From Spirochaetia bacterium (GTDB taxonomy: Bacteria; Spirochaetota; Spirochaetia; DSM-2461), in contig OY764216.1 in NCBI GenBank assembly GCA_963668315.1, positions 3,776,001 to 3,840,000 of the forward strand: a stretch of 64,000 bases of DNA, written 5' to 3'. A model generated the notes under the pieces. The model was not told where the DNA came from. It did not search any database and was given only the letters and a program-made list of their open reading frames with translations. The translations under genes were made by a program, and so were the position numbers. This document shows, piece by piece, positions 40,573-50,227 of the stretch. The first letter of the stretch is position 1. Every line of letters begins with the position of its first letter.

Positions 40573-40600
40573 AATATAACAAAAAAAAGGGACCGGTCAA
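40573..40600 (-). promoter_or_regulatory. Sigma70-type promoter of pgk
   Basis: TTGACC-N16-TATATT with an extended -10 TG. Confidence 0.55.
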
Positions 40601-40611
40601 GGGGAAGAGAA

Positions 40612-42606
40612 TTAATTCAACCGGAGCAGCTGGGTTTTCAGTTCTTCGTCTATGACCGTCGGGGTCTCCCCTTCGGCCGCCGGGCTTTCAACGCCGCCGT
40701 CCCCCTCCTCTTCGGGAAGGAAATACACTTCGTCTCCCCGGTTGATAAGATCGAACAGGGCGTAGCGGTCAATTTCCACGGAAGCCACTTCTTCGTCCGT
40801 GTCTCTGACGATCACCGATCCCAGCAGGTCTTCATCCCGCACATTGATCATCTTCTCTCCGGAAATCAGCTCGACGGAACCGCTTTTCACAAGCACGCCC
40901 TTCCGGCCTTCTTCCAGTCCGTGATACCGGCCGAGACCTATGAGAAGATTATCCCCGTCCATATCCAGGACCTTCGTCCGGGGGACGAAATAGGATTCCA
41001 GATCGGAAGCCAGTCTTTCCATGGCCAGTTTAACCCTGTTCTTGCCGGTCCTCATCACGCTCATCTCCGTCAGCTTCGCCCCCGTACCGGACAGATACAA
41101 TTCGGCCCGGCACAGAAAGGTTCTTTCCGTCTCGGAAAAATCCAGGATAACGAAATAGTCCGAGTCACTTTCCCGGGAGGCGGCAAAGGCCTGGGAAAAT
41201 GTTCTGACCCTCGTCCCCGTCAGGGGATCCATTCCGGCATAACGGAGCAGTATAAAGCTTAGATAATCGGTAAGGATCTCTTCGGAACCGGTATGAATAA
41301 GCTGATCGGAATAGCGGGCGAACAGGGAAATCTCGTAGGGGAAACCTGCCTGATCATACTGATCAACGCCCCACTTGTCGGCCAGGCCTCTCTCACGCCT
41401 ATGCTTGAGGATACGGAGGGTTTCCAGAAAATCCCGGTCCTCGTACCCGCTCTCCTCCATGGCCTGCAGGGTATCCAGGTATTTGCCGGGAAAACCGAGA
41501 AGCTTGAAACTTCTGCCGTAAAGCTGCCAGCTCTCCCAGTCATAGGGATCGATCCAGCGGCTTCTCCGGTATTCGTTATACGCCCTTCCGTAATAGAGGG
41601 AGTCCTCATATTCGCGCCCCTGCTCCCGATGGTATTCGGCAAGATCGCTTCTCTGATCGGCGGAAGTGGAAGGATTATTGATAAGGAACTGCTCCATGGT
41701 GATACGGACAATTTCGTTGTTCGGATCCAGACGCAGAGCCTTATCCAGAGTTTTCAGCGCCGCCTGATCCATGGAGAGATTCATATAGCACTGGGAAAGC
41801 ATGTAAAGCAATGTGACATCGACCGGATTTTTCGCCAACGCGTTGATGAGAGGATCAACGGCCTCCTGCCAATCACCCTGTTCCATAAAAGCCTGCCCGA
41901 GCAGGCGGAAGGGACCGGGGCTCTCGGGGGAGATAAGCGATCCGTTCCTAGCAAAATAGGCCGCCCTTTCCAGATCGCCGGTCCGGAGGTAATGCTCGGC
42001 CAGAGACACGTAAACTTCGGGATCACGGGAATGGTAGGTCAGGGCCAGATTGAGGTAGTTCTCCGCCTCGGCCGTTTTGCCTTCCCTGTCGTAGAGCAGA
42101 GCCAGAGACAGAAGGGCGCGCCGGCTTTCGGGGGCCAGGACGAGACTTTTGCGGTACTGCTCCTCCCCCCTTTTCCTGTCTCCCCGGAGAAGGGAGATCT
42201 CGGCCAGACCGAGGTTGGCCTCCAGATTATTCGGTTCATCGGCAAGCACGGCCCGGAACAGCGCCTCGCCTTCGTCCAGCTCCTCCCGTCCCACAAGGAT
42301 ACGGGCTTTCATGTTCAGAAGGGAAATATCATTTCTCCCGTAAAGAGCGGCCTCTTCTATATAGCGGTAGGCCTCTTCATACTCCTCAATCCGGAAATAG
42401 GCATCGGCCAGAGCCAGGATGACATCGAGATAGGCGGGATTGAGGCGCAGGGCCTCCTGAAGGGAATCGATAGCCCCGTAATAATCCTGAGTTCTGAGAG
42501 AACTCTGACCGGCACGGTACAGCTCAATGGCCTCCCGGTCCAGAGGAGAAAGGAGAGAAGGGAGCAAGAACAGAGCGGTTAATGCCGCCGATTTAAACCT
42601 CTTCAC
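40612..42606 (-). CDS. Exported TPR protein with a C-terminal FlgT-like domain
   Basis: Signal peptide, about 9 TPR repeats, and a C-terminal LLIGLGRYHGL...INRGDEV pattern. Confidence 0.7.
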   Translation of the reverse strand: MKRFKSAALTALFLLPSLLSPLDREAIELYRAGQSSLRTQDYYGAIDSLQEALRLNPAYLDVILALADAYFRIEEYEEAYRYIEEAALYGRNDISLLNMKARILVGREELDEGEALFRAVLADEPNNLEANLGLAEISLLRGDRKRGEEQYRKSLVLAPESRRALLSLALLYDREGKTAEAENYLNLALTYHSRDPEVYVSLAEHYLRTGDLERAAYFARNGSLISPESPGPFRLLGQAFMEQGDWQEAVDPLINALAKNPVDVTLLYMLSQCYMNLSMDQAALKTLDKALRLDPNNEIVRITMEQFLINNPSTSADQRSDLAEYHREQGREYEDSLYYGRAYNEYRRSRWIDPYDWESWQLYGRSFKLLGFPGKYLDTLQAMEESGYEDRDFLETLRILKHRRERGLADKWGVDQYDQAGFPYEISLFARYSDQLIHTGSEEILTDYLSFILLRYAGMDPLTGTRVRTFSQAFAASRESDSDYFVILDFSETERTFLCRAELYLSGTGAKLTEMSVMRTGKNRVKLAMERLASDLESYFVPRTKVLDMDGDNLLIGLGRYHGLEEGRKGVLVKSGSVELISGEKMINVRDEDLLGSVIVRDTDEEVASVEIDRYALFDLINRGDEVYFLPEEEGDGGVESPAAEGETPTVIDEELKTQLLRLN

Positions 42607-43384
42607 TCCCTTTTACACCGTCCCATTCAATTTTGATTTTCTTGATTTTATGTCCGTCCACAGCCTGGATAATAAAACTGATGTTCTCCCAGATAATTTT
42701 TTCATTCCTTACGGGAATTTTCCCGAAAAGATTGAAGACGAAACCGCCCAGGGTATCATAATCCTCCGTAGGAATATTGCACCCCAGTTCATCGTTGATA
42801 TCTTCCAGATTCAGACGGGCGTCGCAGAGCCAACAGTTATCGGCGATCTGGACAATCTCCTCATCCTCGTTATCAAACTCGTCCTGTATATCGCCGACGA
42901 TTTCCTCGATAATGTCTTCCATGAAAACCATTCCCGATGTTCCGCCGTACTCGTCTACGGCCACGGCGATATGAACCTTTCTCTCCTTCAGCTCCCTGAG
43001 GAGAACGTCAAGCTTCATGCTTTCCGGGACGAAATAGGCTTTTCTCATTATGCTGGAGATGGTCACGGGCTCTTCCTTGATGATCTTCACAAGAAGATCC
43101 TTCACGTACAATATGCCCGTCACATCATCGATGGTGTCTTTGTAGATGGGGAAGCGGGAATGTCCCGTCTCCAGGATTCTGGCGATTAGCTCATCATAGG
43201 GCAGATCTTCCGGAATGAATACCACATCGATACGGGGAACCATGATCTCCTTGGCGGATGTTTCGGATAGCTCGACAATCCCCCGGATCATCTCCTTCTC
43301 CTCTCCGTTCAATTCATCCAGGGCTTCATGATCAACGACATCGCCGTCTCTCCCCGACCGTTTCTTAGTCCAAAATAGTTTCAT
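42593..43384 (-). CDS. CorC/HlyC (TlyC-like) CBS-domain protein
   Basis: EIMVPR, GHSRFPIY, VDEYGGTSG..MEDIIEEIVGDIQDEFD and YDTLGG motifs. Confidence 0.92.
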   Translation of the reverse strand: MKLFWTKKRSGRDGDVVDHEALDELNGEEKEMIRGIVELSETSAKEIMVPRIDVVFIPEDLPYDELIARILETGHSRFPIYKDTIDDVTGILYVKDLLVKIIKEEPVTISSIMRKAYFVPESMKLDVLLRELKERKVHIAVAVDEYGGTSGMVFMEDIIEEIVGDIQDEFDNEDEEIVQIADNCWLCDARLNLEDINDELGCNIPTEDYDTLGGFVFNLFGKIPVRNEKIIWENISFIIQAVDGHKIKKIKIEWDGVKGSEEV

Positions 43385-43856
43385 CGTCCTCCGTAAACCT
43401 GATATCCTTATATTTTTTCAGAAGCGTTTCCTGCTCTTTAAGCATACCCTGCTCCCAATCATACCCCTCATGGGTCATTCCTTTCAAGTGCAAAATTCCG
43501 TGAACGATCACTCTCTTTAGCTCTTCGTCAAAGGAAATACCCAATTCGGAGGCATTTTCCCGGACCCTATCCAGGGATACGACGATATCGCCCACACTTT
43601 TCGGAAGAGAGGGATCGGGGATGAATCCTTCGGGATCGTCCCCTTCGTCCATGACAAAGGTCAGAACATCGGTGGGTCCCTCCTTGCCGCGGTAATCGCG
43701 GTTCAGTTCGGATATATAATCATCACCGCACAGGGTAAGGGACATTTCCCAGTTGGGTTCACCCAGCTCTTCTACCGCTTTCTTAAGAAAATCATTCAGT
43801 TTTCCGAAGTAGGATGGTTCCTCCATCCCTTCCACAATCAGATCAGCCTCGGCCAT
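43365..43856 (-). CDS. ybeY: rRNA maturation endoribonuclease YbeY
   Basis: LNRDYRGKEGPTDVLTF, GDIVVS and HGILHLKGMTH motifs. Confidence 0.94.
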   Translation of the reverse strand: MAEADLIVEGMEEPSYFGKLNDFLKKAVEELGEPNWEMSLTLCGDDYISELNRDYRGKEGPTDVLTFVMDEGDDPEGFIPDPSLPKSVGDIVVSLDRVRENASELGISFDEELKRVIVHGILHLKGMTHEGYDWEQGMLKEQETLLKKYKDIRFTEDDETILD

Positions 43857-43858
43857 AA

Positions 43859-46090
43859 TCAGTCCTCCTCCTTCTTCTGGTCGGGATATTCGATACGGGT
43901 ATGAAAATGGCCGATGAGAACGTGGACAAAACTGTCCTTGATTGTCTCCAGCTCATTAAGGGTTAAACCCGAATCGTTCAGCTCCCCGGTCTGAAGCCTG
44001 TGCATGATCAGGTCCCAGACGAATTTTTCCAGCTTGGACCGGCTGGGCTTCTTCAGGGTACGTGAAGCGGCTTCGATCGTATCGGCCAGCATAACGACAG
44101 CCGCTTCCTTGGTCTGGGGGCGGGGGCCGTAATGGCAGTAGTCGTCCTTGTTCACCGAGGACTTTCCCGACTCCTTTATCTCTTTCTCCGCCTTATCGTA
44201 AAAATAGCGGATAACGCTGGTGCCGTGATGCTGCTGAATGATGTGGATGACTTCCTCGGGAAGGTTCATCTCCCGGCCCTTCTCCACTCCGATCTTCACA
44301 TGGGCTTTGATTATCGCCGCCGAGAGGTTCGCCTTGAGTTCATCATGCTTGTTGGCGTCTTTCTGATTCTCTATGAAATAGTCGGGCTGATCCATTTTTC
44401 CGATGTCGTGGTAATAGGCGGCCACCCGGGCCAGGAGGGAATTGCAGCCGATGGCTTCGCAGGCCGGCTCCGCCATATAGGCCACGTTGATGGAATGGAC
44501 ATAGGTGCCGGCGGCCTGAATAAAGAGCCGCTTGAGAATGGGCTCGTTCAGATTGGCCAGCTCCGCCAGCCGATAGGCCGTGCAGGCGTTCATGAAATGC
44601 TCGAACAGGGGCAGCAGGGAAAGTACCAGCAGGGAGTATACGACGCCCGAAAGAAAGGCATAGAGGTTGTCCATGGCCAGCTCCGGAAGGGGCGCCTTGC
44701 CGACGAGATCAAAGTAGAGGACGCAGGCGAGATTGATGGCTCCCAGCCAGATACCCGATTTGAGGATATCGATTCTCTTTTCCCCTCCCGTCAGCACCAG
44801 TGTGCCCGCCATACCCGAAGCAAGGGAATAGATGAGCACATAGGGATCCAGCCCGCTTACGAAAAACGCGAGGAGGGAGAGAGCCAGAGCATAAACCATG
44901 ACCCCCTTCTTCTCCACCACCATCTGGGAAACCAGAAGGGTGAACAGACCGGTAGGGATAAGGACGGCATCAAAAAAGATCCGGTCCGTGGAAAGGATCT
45001 TCTCGGTAAGCACCAGGGGTACGACAAATACGGGAATACTCCAGAGAATAAGCAGAAAATTCTTTCTGTTGCTGATCTCGATGGGAAGATAGCTTATGAG
45101 TAGGACCATGAAAAGGATTAGGCCCACAAGATAGGTCAGCGGTTTTATGAGGGGGATGAGCTTAAACCGGCCGATCTGGTCCCAGTAGGCATCGAGCATC
45201 TGCTGAACCGACGAGGTAACGACCTCTCCGAGACCGATAATCTTCTCCCCCGCGTCAACGGTAATGAAGATGGGGTCTATCTGGCTGATGACCTGCTCCC
45301 TTTTTCGGGCGGTGAGCTTCTCGTTGAAATAGCAGTTCTCCTTGAGAAAAAACCGTACCATGGCCGCCGTAATGGAGAGTTCCCCGTTAACAAGGCCCCG
45401 CTCGGAAAGCAGTTTTTCCAGATAGGCTTCCAGATTGTCCCCGGTCAGAAGATCGGCGGAAGGAAGAGTGGCGATAATGCCCTCTCCCTCATTGCCGACC
45501 ACCTCGGCCACTCCCGTGGCATAGGAAGGATCCTCCCGGTAGTTGAGAAGATTAAAATAGCCCCGGTTCAGGATCTGCAGGGTGACTTCACGGGCGAATC
45601 CGAATATGACGGAATACTGGCGGTTCTCCAGCAGAAAGGCGATCTGTTCCTCTCCGAAGGGAAAGCCGAGGACCCGATAAGCGGAGAGTGAAGCGTCCCG
45701 GTCGGCAAACTTCTCGAATTCCTCCCGGTAATAATCGATATCATCCAGGATTTCCTGGGTGATACCCTCCTGGCGAACGAAGACTCCGTTAACCGATGCC
45801 AGGCGAAGGGCCGTCAGTCTTTCCGTGCCTTCCTGATCGATATAACGGAAAGGCTGCTCCGAGAAGAAATCTTCCTCGGCAATATCGCCAATGGTCATAT
45901 CATCACGGCCCCGGACCTGAGTCAGGAAACGGAAGTTATCCCCCAGAAGGATCAGGACAAGGGTAATGAAGAAAACGGCGATGAGAGTCTGCTTCAAGGC
46001 GGGGTTTCCCCAGACGGGCATCACCCCCGCCTTCAATTTGGGGAACAGGTATCTTTCCGATTCAACGGAATTACTTTTCTTGCGATTCAT
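43859..46090 (-). CDS. 7TM-HD (HDIG) phosphohydrolase, PgpH-like
   Basis: Extracellular domain, 7 TM helices, then GTYVHS, YYHDIGK, IIQQHHGT and MLADTIEA; conserved phoH-HD-ybeY order. Confidence 0.9.
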   Translation of the reverse strand: MNRKKSNSVESERYLFPKLKAGVMPVWGNPALKQTLIAVFFITLVLILLGDNFRFLTQVRGRDDMTIGDIAEEDFFSEQPFRYIDQEGTERLTALRLASVNGVFVRQEGITQEILDDIDYYREEFEKFADRDASLSAYRVLGFPFGEEQIAFLLENRQYSVIFGFAREVTLQILNRGYFNLLNYREDPSYATGVAEVVGNEGEGIIATLPSADLLTGDNLEAYLEKLLSERGLVNGELSITAAMVRFFLKENCYFNEKLTARKREQVISQIDPIFITVDAGEKIIGLGEVVTSSVQQMLDAYWDQIGRFKLIPLIKPLTYLVGLILFMVLLISYLPIEISNRKNFLLILWSIPVFVVPLVLTEKILSTDRIFFDAVLIPTGLFTLLVSQMVVEKKGVMVYALALSLLAFFVSGLDPYVLIYSLASGMAGTLVLTGGEKRIDILKSGIWLGAINLACVLYFDLVGKAPLPELAMDNLYAFLSGVVYSLLVLSLLPLFEHFMNACTAYRLAELANLNEPILKRLFIQAAGTYVHSINVAYMAEPACEAIGCNSLLARVAAYYHDIGKMDQPDYFIENQKDANKHDELKANLSAAIIKAHVKIGVEKGREMNLPEEVIHIIQQHHGTSVIRYFYDKAEKEIKESGKSSVNKDDYCHYGPRPQTKEAAVVMLADTIEAASRTLKKPSRSKLEKFVWDLIMHRLQTGELNDSGLTLNELETIKDSFVHVLIGHFHTRIEYPDQKKEED

Positions 46091-47024
46091 AGGCCATTAT
46101 TATCTGTTTGACAAGATGACTGCGGATAACGTGGGATTTATCGAAATAACAGAATCCGATGTCATCTATGTCCCTGAGGATGTCGCAGGCATGGACAAGG
46201 CCGGATTTTTTCCGGGAGGGAAGGTCAATCTGGGTAATATCCCCCGTGACGATCGCCTTGCTGCCCTCGCCCAGACGGGTGAGAAACATCTTCATCTGCG
46301 ACTGGGTCGTATTCTGCGCCTCATCGAGAACGATAAAACAGTTTTTAAGGCTCCGCCCCCTCATATAGGCCAGGGGTGACACTTCAAACAGGTTATTTTC
46401 ATTCATCCTCACCAGGAGATCGTTGGGAAGAAGATCCTCCATGGCATCGTAAAGAGGCCTGAGATAGGGATTCAGCTTCTGCTCCAGATCTCCGGGAAGA
46501 AACCCCAGGCTTTCCCCCGCTTCGACAACGGGCCGGGTGAGAATGATTTTTCTTTTTTTCTTCTGCAGAACTTCCTTAAGAGCCTGGGCTATGGCCAGAT
46601 AGGTTTTACCCGTACCGGCCGGTCCGACGGCGAAGACCATATCCTTCTCTTCCATCATTCTGATAAGAGAGGCCTGCTTGCCGTTGAAAGGATAGAGTTC
46701 GTTGTCCGATCCGGGGATGGCTATACGGCAATGGGAGAAATCCTCCCCTTCCATTTCCCCCTCGGGATGGATGCTCTTGAAAAGAGAGCGGATATACCCC
46801 TTGTCCAGATCCCTGGTGCGGGAATAGTCGGCCATCTGCTCGATGAGCGACTTGAAGAGGGGAAAATTTTCCTTGTCGGGAGATTCCAAAAAGATTTCGT
46901 TCCCCCGGGAAAAAACCCGGGAGTTCAGAAGACCGCTGACCTCTCTGAGGTTGGCGTCATTGGGTCCGCAGACCCTCCCCAGAATCCGGGGGTCTTCAAT
47001 AACCAGCATCAGCCTGTTACTCAA
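46071..47024 (-). CDS. phoH: PhoH family ATPase
   Basis: GPAGTGKT, LTRPVVEAGESLGFLPGDL, PLAYMRGR and LDEAQN motifs; TTG start after AGGAG. Confidence 0.94.
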   Translation of the reverse strand: MSNRLMLVIEDPRILGRVCGPNDANLREVSGLLNSRVFSRGNEIFLESPDKENFPLFKSLIEQMADYSRTRDLDKGYIRSLFKSIHPEGEMEGEDFSHCRIAIPGSDNELYPFNGKQASLIRMMEEKDMVFAVGPAGTGKTYLAIAQALKEVLQKKKRKIILTRPVVEAGESLGFLPGDLEQKLNPYLRPLYDAMEDLLPNDLLVRMNENNLFEVSPLAYMRGRSLKNCFIVLDEAQNTTQSQMKMFLTRLGEGSKAIVTGDITQIDLPSRKKSGLVHACDILRDIDDIGFCYFDKSHVIRSHLVKQIIMAYESQEK

Positions 47025-47055
47025 TAATTACTCCTGAGGCATAAGCCACAGGTTA

Positions 47056-47085
47056 ATTTTACTCAGGCCCCGAAGGATTTGTCAA
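47056..47085 (-). promoter_or_regulatory. Sigma70 promoter of the phoH operon
   Basis: TTGACA-N18-TAAAAT. Confidence 0.65.
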
Positions 47086-47115
47086 GACAAAGGCCGGTTC
47101 TTCCGATGGTAAATA

Positions 47116-47757
47116 GTGATGGCCGGACCCGCAAAAAAACATTTCCTTACCCTTTTCTCCCTGATATTCCTCCCCTTTTACCTCTGCGGCGCGGAAGGGA
47201 ATACCCCCGGGAAAGTGCTGATTATGGGGGATTCACATGCCCATTCCCTCAAGGATGAAGCGATTTTCCACCGGGCCGGGGCGAGATGGCAGGCCGATAT
47301 CCTGGGAATATCCTCCTCCGGACTGGCCCGGCGTGATTTTTACGACTGGCTGAATTTCGCCCGGTCCCCCGAATCGGGGGGATACGACCTCTATGTGGTC
47401 ATCCTCGGAACAAACGACGGCCAGAACAGCCATGGCACGGATGATGAAGTTTTCGGCACCCTGGAATGGGAGTACCTCTATACGGCCAGGGTGGAAAGCC
47501 TCATTACCGAGCTAAAGGCCCGTGGCGAAGTGATTTGGGTGTCCATACCCCCTGTCAGGGATGAGAGCCTCAGGAGGAAAACCGAATACCTTCAGGCTCT
47601 GATCGATGAAGTGTGCCTCTACCACGGAGTCCGACAGATCGATCTGGGAGATCTGATAACGGGGGACATGCAGAATGACGACGGCATCCACCTCTCTTCC
47701 GGAGGGGTAAAGCTCGTTTCCGCCGCCCTGAGCCGGGAACTGGATGATCTTTTTTAA
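47116..47757 (+). CDS. Exported SGNH/GDSL hydrolase-family protein (DUF459-like)
   Basis: GDSH (block I), SSGL.R.DFYDW, GTND (block III) and DGIH (block V). Confidence 0.8.
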   Translation: MMAGPAKKHFLTLFSLIFLPFYLCGAEGNTPGKVLIMGDSHAHSLKDEAIFHRAGARWQADILGISSSGLARRDFYDWLNFARSPESGGYDLYVVILGTNDGQNSHGTDDEVFGTLEWEYLYTARVESLITELKARGEVIWVSIPPVRDESLRRKTEYLQALIDEVCLYHGVRQIDLGDLITGDMQNDDGIHLSSGGVKLVSAALSRELDDLF

Positions 47758-47802
47758 GTTTAGCTTGATGTGATTTACCTAACCGTTCTATAATTTGCCA
47801 CA

Positions 47803-49185
47803 ATGCTTTTTCCGACCCTTGACTTCGCCCTATTCTTTTTTATCCTGTTTCCCCTTTACTGGCTCCTCAAAGATGACAGGTCCGCCAGGAAGGTACTGCT
47901 GATCGCCGCCAGTTATATTTTCTACGGGTTCTGGGATGTCCGCTTCACGCTGCTGCTTTTCATCTCCTCCCTTATAAACTGGCTCATCGGCCTCAAGGGG
48001 GAGAAAAAGGGCGTAATGATACTGGGGATCATCCTCAACCTGGGTCTTCTCTTCTTTTTCAAATATACCGATTTTCTTATCCGGTCCCTCAATAATCTGT
48101 TCCTTTCCGGCGATGGCCCCATCCTGCTGAAGCCCATGGGAATCATCCTTCCCGTGGGAATCTCCTTCTTCACCTTCCAGGGCATCAGTTATGTGGTGGA
48201 CGTCTACCGGGGTGATACGGAGAAGCGAAGGAATTTTTCCGACATACTGCTCTACATATCCTTCTTCCCCCAGCTGGTGGCGGGCCCCATTCTCCGCTCC
48301 AATGTGTTTCTTCCCCAGATCAACCGTACTCCCGATCCGGAGAGTATTGATATCGGATTTGCCCTGAGAAAGATTTTCTCCGGTCTTTTCAAAAAAATCA
48401 TCATCGCCAACTATCTGGCTTCCCTGGTGGCCGACCGGGCGTTTCTCGCTCCCGGTGATTTCACGTCGGCCGACCTGGTCCTGGCCGCCTACGCCTACGG
48501 CATTCAAATATTCTGCGATTTCAGCGCCTACAGCGATATAGCCATCGGCATCGCCAATCTCCTGGGATTCCAGTTTCCCGAAAATTTCGACAAGCCCTAC
48601 GCCTCGTCGAGCCTCAGGGAGTTCTGGAGGAGATGGCACATTTCCCTCTCCACCTGGCTCAGGGATTACCTTTATATACCTCTCGGCGGTTCGCGCCATG
48701 GCGTGTTCAGGACATACAGAAATCTTTTTCTGACCATGCTGCTGGGAGGAATCTGGCACGGAGCGGGGTGGAATTTCCTTCTATGGGGAGCTATTCACGG
48801 TGCGGGCCTGGTGGGGGAAAGGCTGATTTTCCCAAAAGAGATTCATACCCGAATAGGCCGGTGGACGGGCCGGGTCATCACCTTTCATATTGTCACAGCC
48901 GCCTGGATTTTTTTCCGTGCTCCCGACTTTCCATCGGCGCTGAGCTTTTTTTCGGGACTCGGCGCCCTGCGCCCGGGGATAACGCTGCTTACCCCCTTTA
49001 CCCTGATCCTGCTGCTCATCGGCTTTTCCATGCAATATATACCTCGCCGCTGGGAAACCTTACTGGAAAAGCGCATCAATAGATTTTCCGCCCTTATAAC
49101 CGCCCTTTTTTCCGGATTGTTTTTTCTGATTCTTCAGATTCTTGCCCCCGAGGGCATGGCTCCCTTCATCTATTTTCAATTCTAG
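47803..49185 (+). CDS. MBOAT O-acyltransferase (AlgI/PatA-like)
   Basis: LPVGISFFTFQ, FFPQLVAGPI, DFSAYSDIA, FWRRWHISLS.WLRDYLYIPLGG, GIWHGA and a C-terminal FIYFQF. Confidence 0.93.
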   Translation: MLFPTLDFALFFFILFPLYWLLKDDRSARKVLLIAASYIFYGFWDVRFTLLLFISSLINWLIGLKGEKKGVMILGIILNLGLLFFFKYTDFLIRSLNNLFLSGDGPILLKPMGIILPVGISFFTFQGISYVVDVYRGDTEKRRNFSDILLYISFFPQLVAGPILRSNVFLPQINRTPDPESIDIGFALRKIFSGLFKKIIIANYLASLVADRAFLAPGDFTSADLVLAAYAYGIQIFCDFSAYSDIAIGIANLLGFQFPENFDKPYASSSLREFWRRWHISLSTWLRDYLYIPLGGSRHGVFRTYRNLFLTMLLGGIWHGAGWNFLLWGAIHGAGLVGERLIFPKEIHTRIGRWTGRVITFHIVTAAWIFFRAPDFPSALSFFSGLGALRPGITLLTPFTLILLLIGFSMQYIPRRWETLLEKRINRFSALITALFSGLFFLILQILAPEGMAPFIYFQF

Positions 49186-49195
49186 GAGATCCGGG

Positions 49196-50227
49196 ATGAA
49201 TAAAGTCGGAAAAGTGCTGCTGGTAATGTTCCTCGTCATACCCCTTATCCTCGCCTTCGGCTCCTACGGACTCTATTCCTGGTCACTCACCCTGGACGGA
49301 AAACTGGGGTACCACCTCTTCTACGCCCCCCTGTCCGGTCTCTATAAATGGGAAGAGTCCATCGGTCTGAACAGTTTTGTAGAGGAGGGACGGAACGATT
49401 TTGACAGATGGAAAAATCTCTCCTTCGCGGGGGGGCCGTCCGTTCAGGAGGAGACTCCCGTAGTAATGACAGAAGAACCGGAACAGGCCGATCCGGCAGA
49501 GGAGATCATTCCGGAGCCGGAACCGCCCCTTTTCAAGGGGGAGACCCTGGATATTCTGGTTATCGGCGATTCGCTGGCGAATTCGGTGGGGAAAAAACTC
49601 GAGCCCCTGGTCAACAGCTATCCCGACATGACCTGTCGCGTCGAGGGAGTGATCAGCTCCAACCTCATCAGGCTGGATTATTATGACTGGCTGACAGAAG
49701 GCCCCCGCTTTGCCGGGGAAATCCGTCCTGACTGTATCCTGATCTTCCTCGGAGCCAACACCATGCAGAGTTTCTACCTGGACGGTGTTTACGCCCCTCT
49801 CTTCAGCGAAACCTGGCAGAAGATCTACAAGGAGAGAGCCGGACAGCTTCTCGCGGAGCTCAAGACCCTAGATACCGATGTTTACTGGATGGTCCTCCCT
49901 CCCATGCAGAAGGAAAGCTACAATAAGAACATAACCCATCTGAACGGAATTATCGACGGGGTCTGCCTTTCGGAGGGGGTCAAGCGTTTCAGCTATACCA
50001 GCCTCCTCACCGATGAGGAGGGCTCCTACGTTTCGGAAAAAATAGTGGGAGACAGGCAGATTCTCATCCGCTCCGACGGAATCCACTTCACCCTGGAGGG
50101 AGCTTCGTACATTTCTGCCTACCTCATAGAGGAACTGAGAAGAATGTACGAAATGCCCGATCCTCCTCCGGAGGAAGCGGAAGTGATCGCCGCCGAAGGG
50201 GTTATTCCGAAGGAAAGCCAACTTTGA
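49196..50227 (+). CDS. Membrane-anchored SGNH family protein (DUF459/PatB-like)
   Basis: N-terminal TM helix, Pro/Glu linker, GDSL, GAN and DGIH motifs; ATG at 49196 after AGGAG. Confidence 0.8.
   Translation: MNKVGKVLLVMFLVIPLILAFGSYGLYSWSLTLDGKLGYHLFYAPLSGLYKWEESIGLNSFVEEGRNDFDRWKNLSFAGGPSVQEETPVVMTEEPEQADPAEEIIPEPEPPLFKGETLDILVIGDSLANSVGKKLEPLVNSYPDMTCRVEGVISSNLIRLDYYDWLTEGPRFAGEIRPDCILIFLGANTMQSFYLDGVYAPLFSETWQKIYKERAGQLLAELKTLDTDVYWMVLPPMQKESYNKNITHLNGIIDGVCLSEGVKRFSYTSLLTDEEGSYVSEKIVGDRQILIRSDGIHFTLEGASYISAYLIEELRRMYEMPDPPPEEAEVIAAEGVIPKESQL

Noticed and set aside
40490..40611. gap missing upstream of pgk, suggesting a deletion
   Set aside because: There is no gap remnant, pgk has its own promoter, and pgk-tpi-secG without gap occurs in other spirochetes.
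41293..42582. 429-aa ORF on the plus strand
   Set aside because: It is antisense to the TPR gene, has no recognisable motif, and fits an antisense shadow from codon bias.
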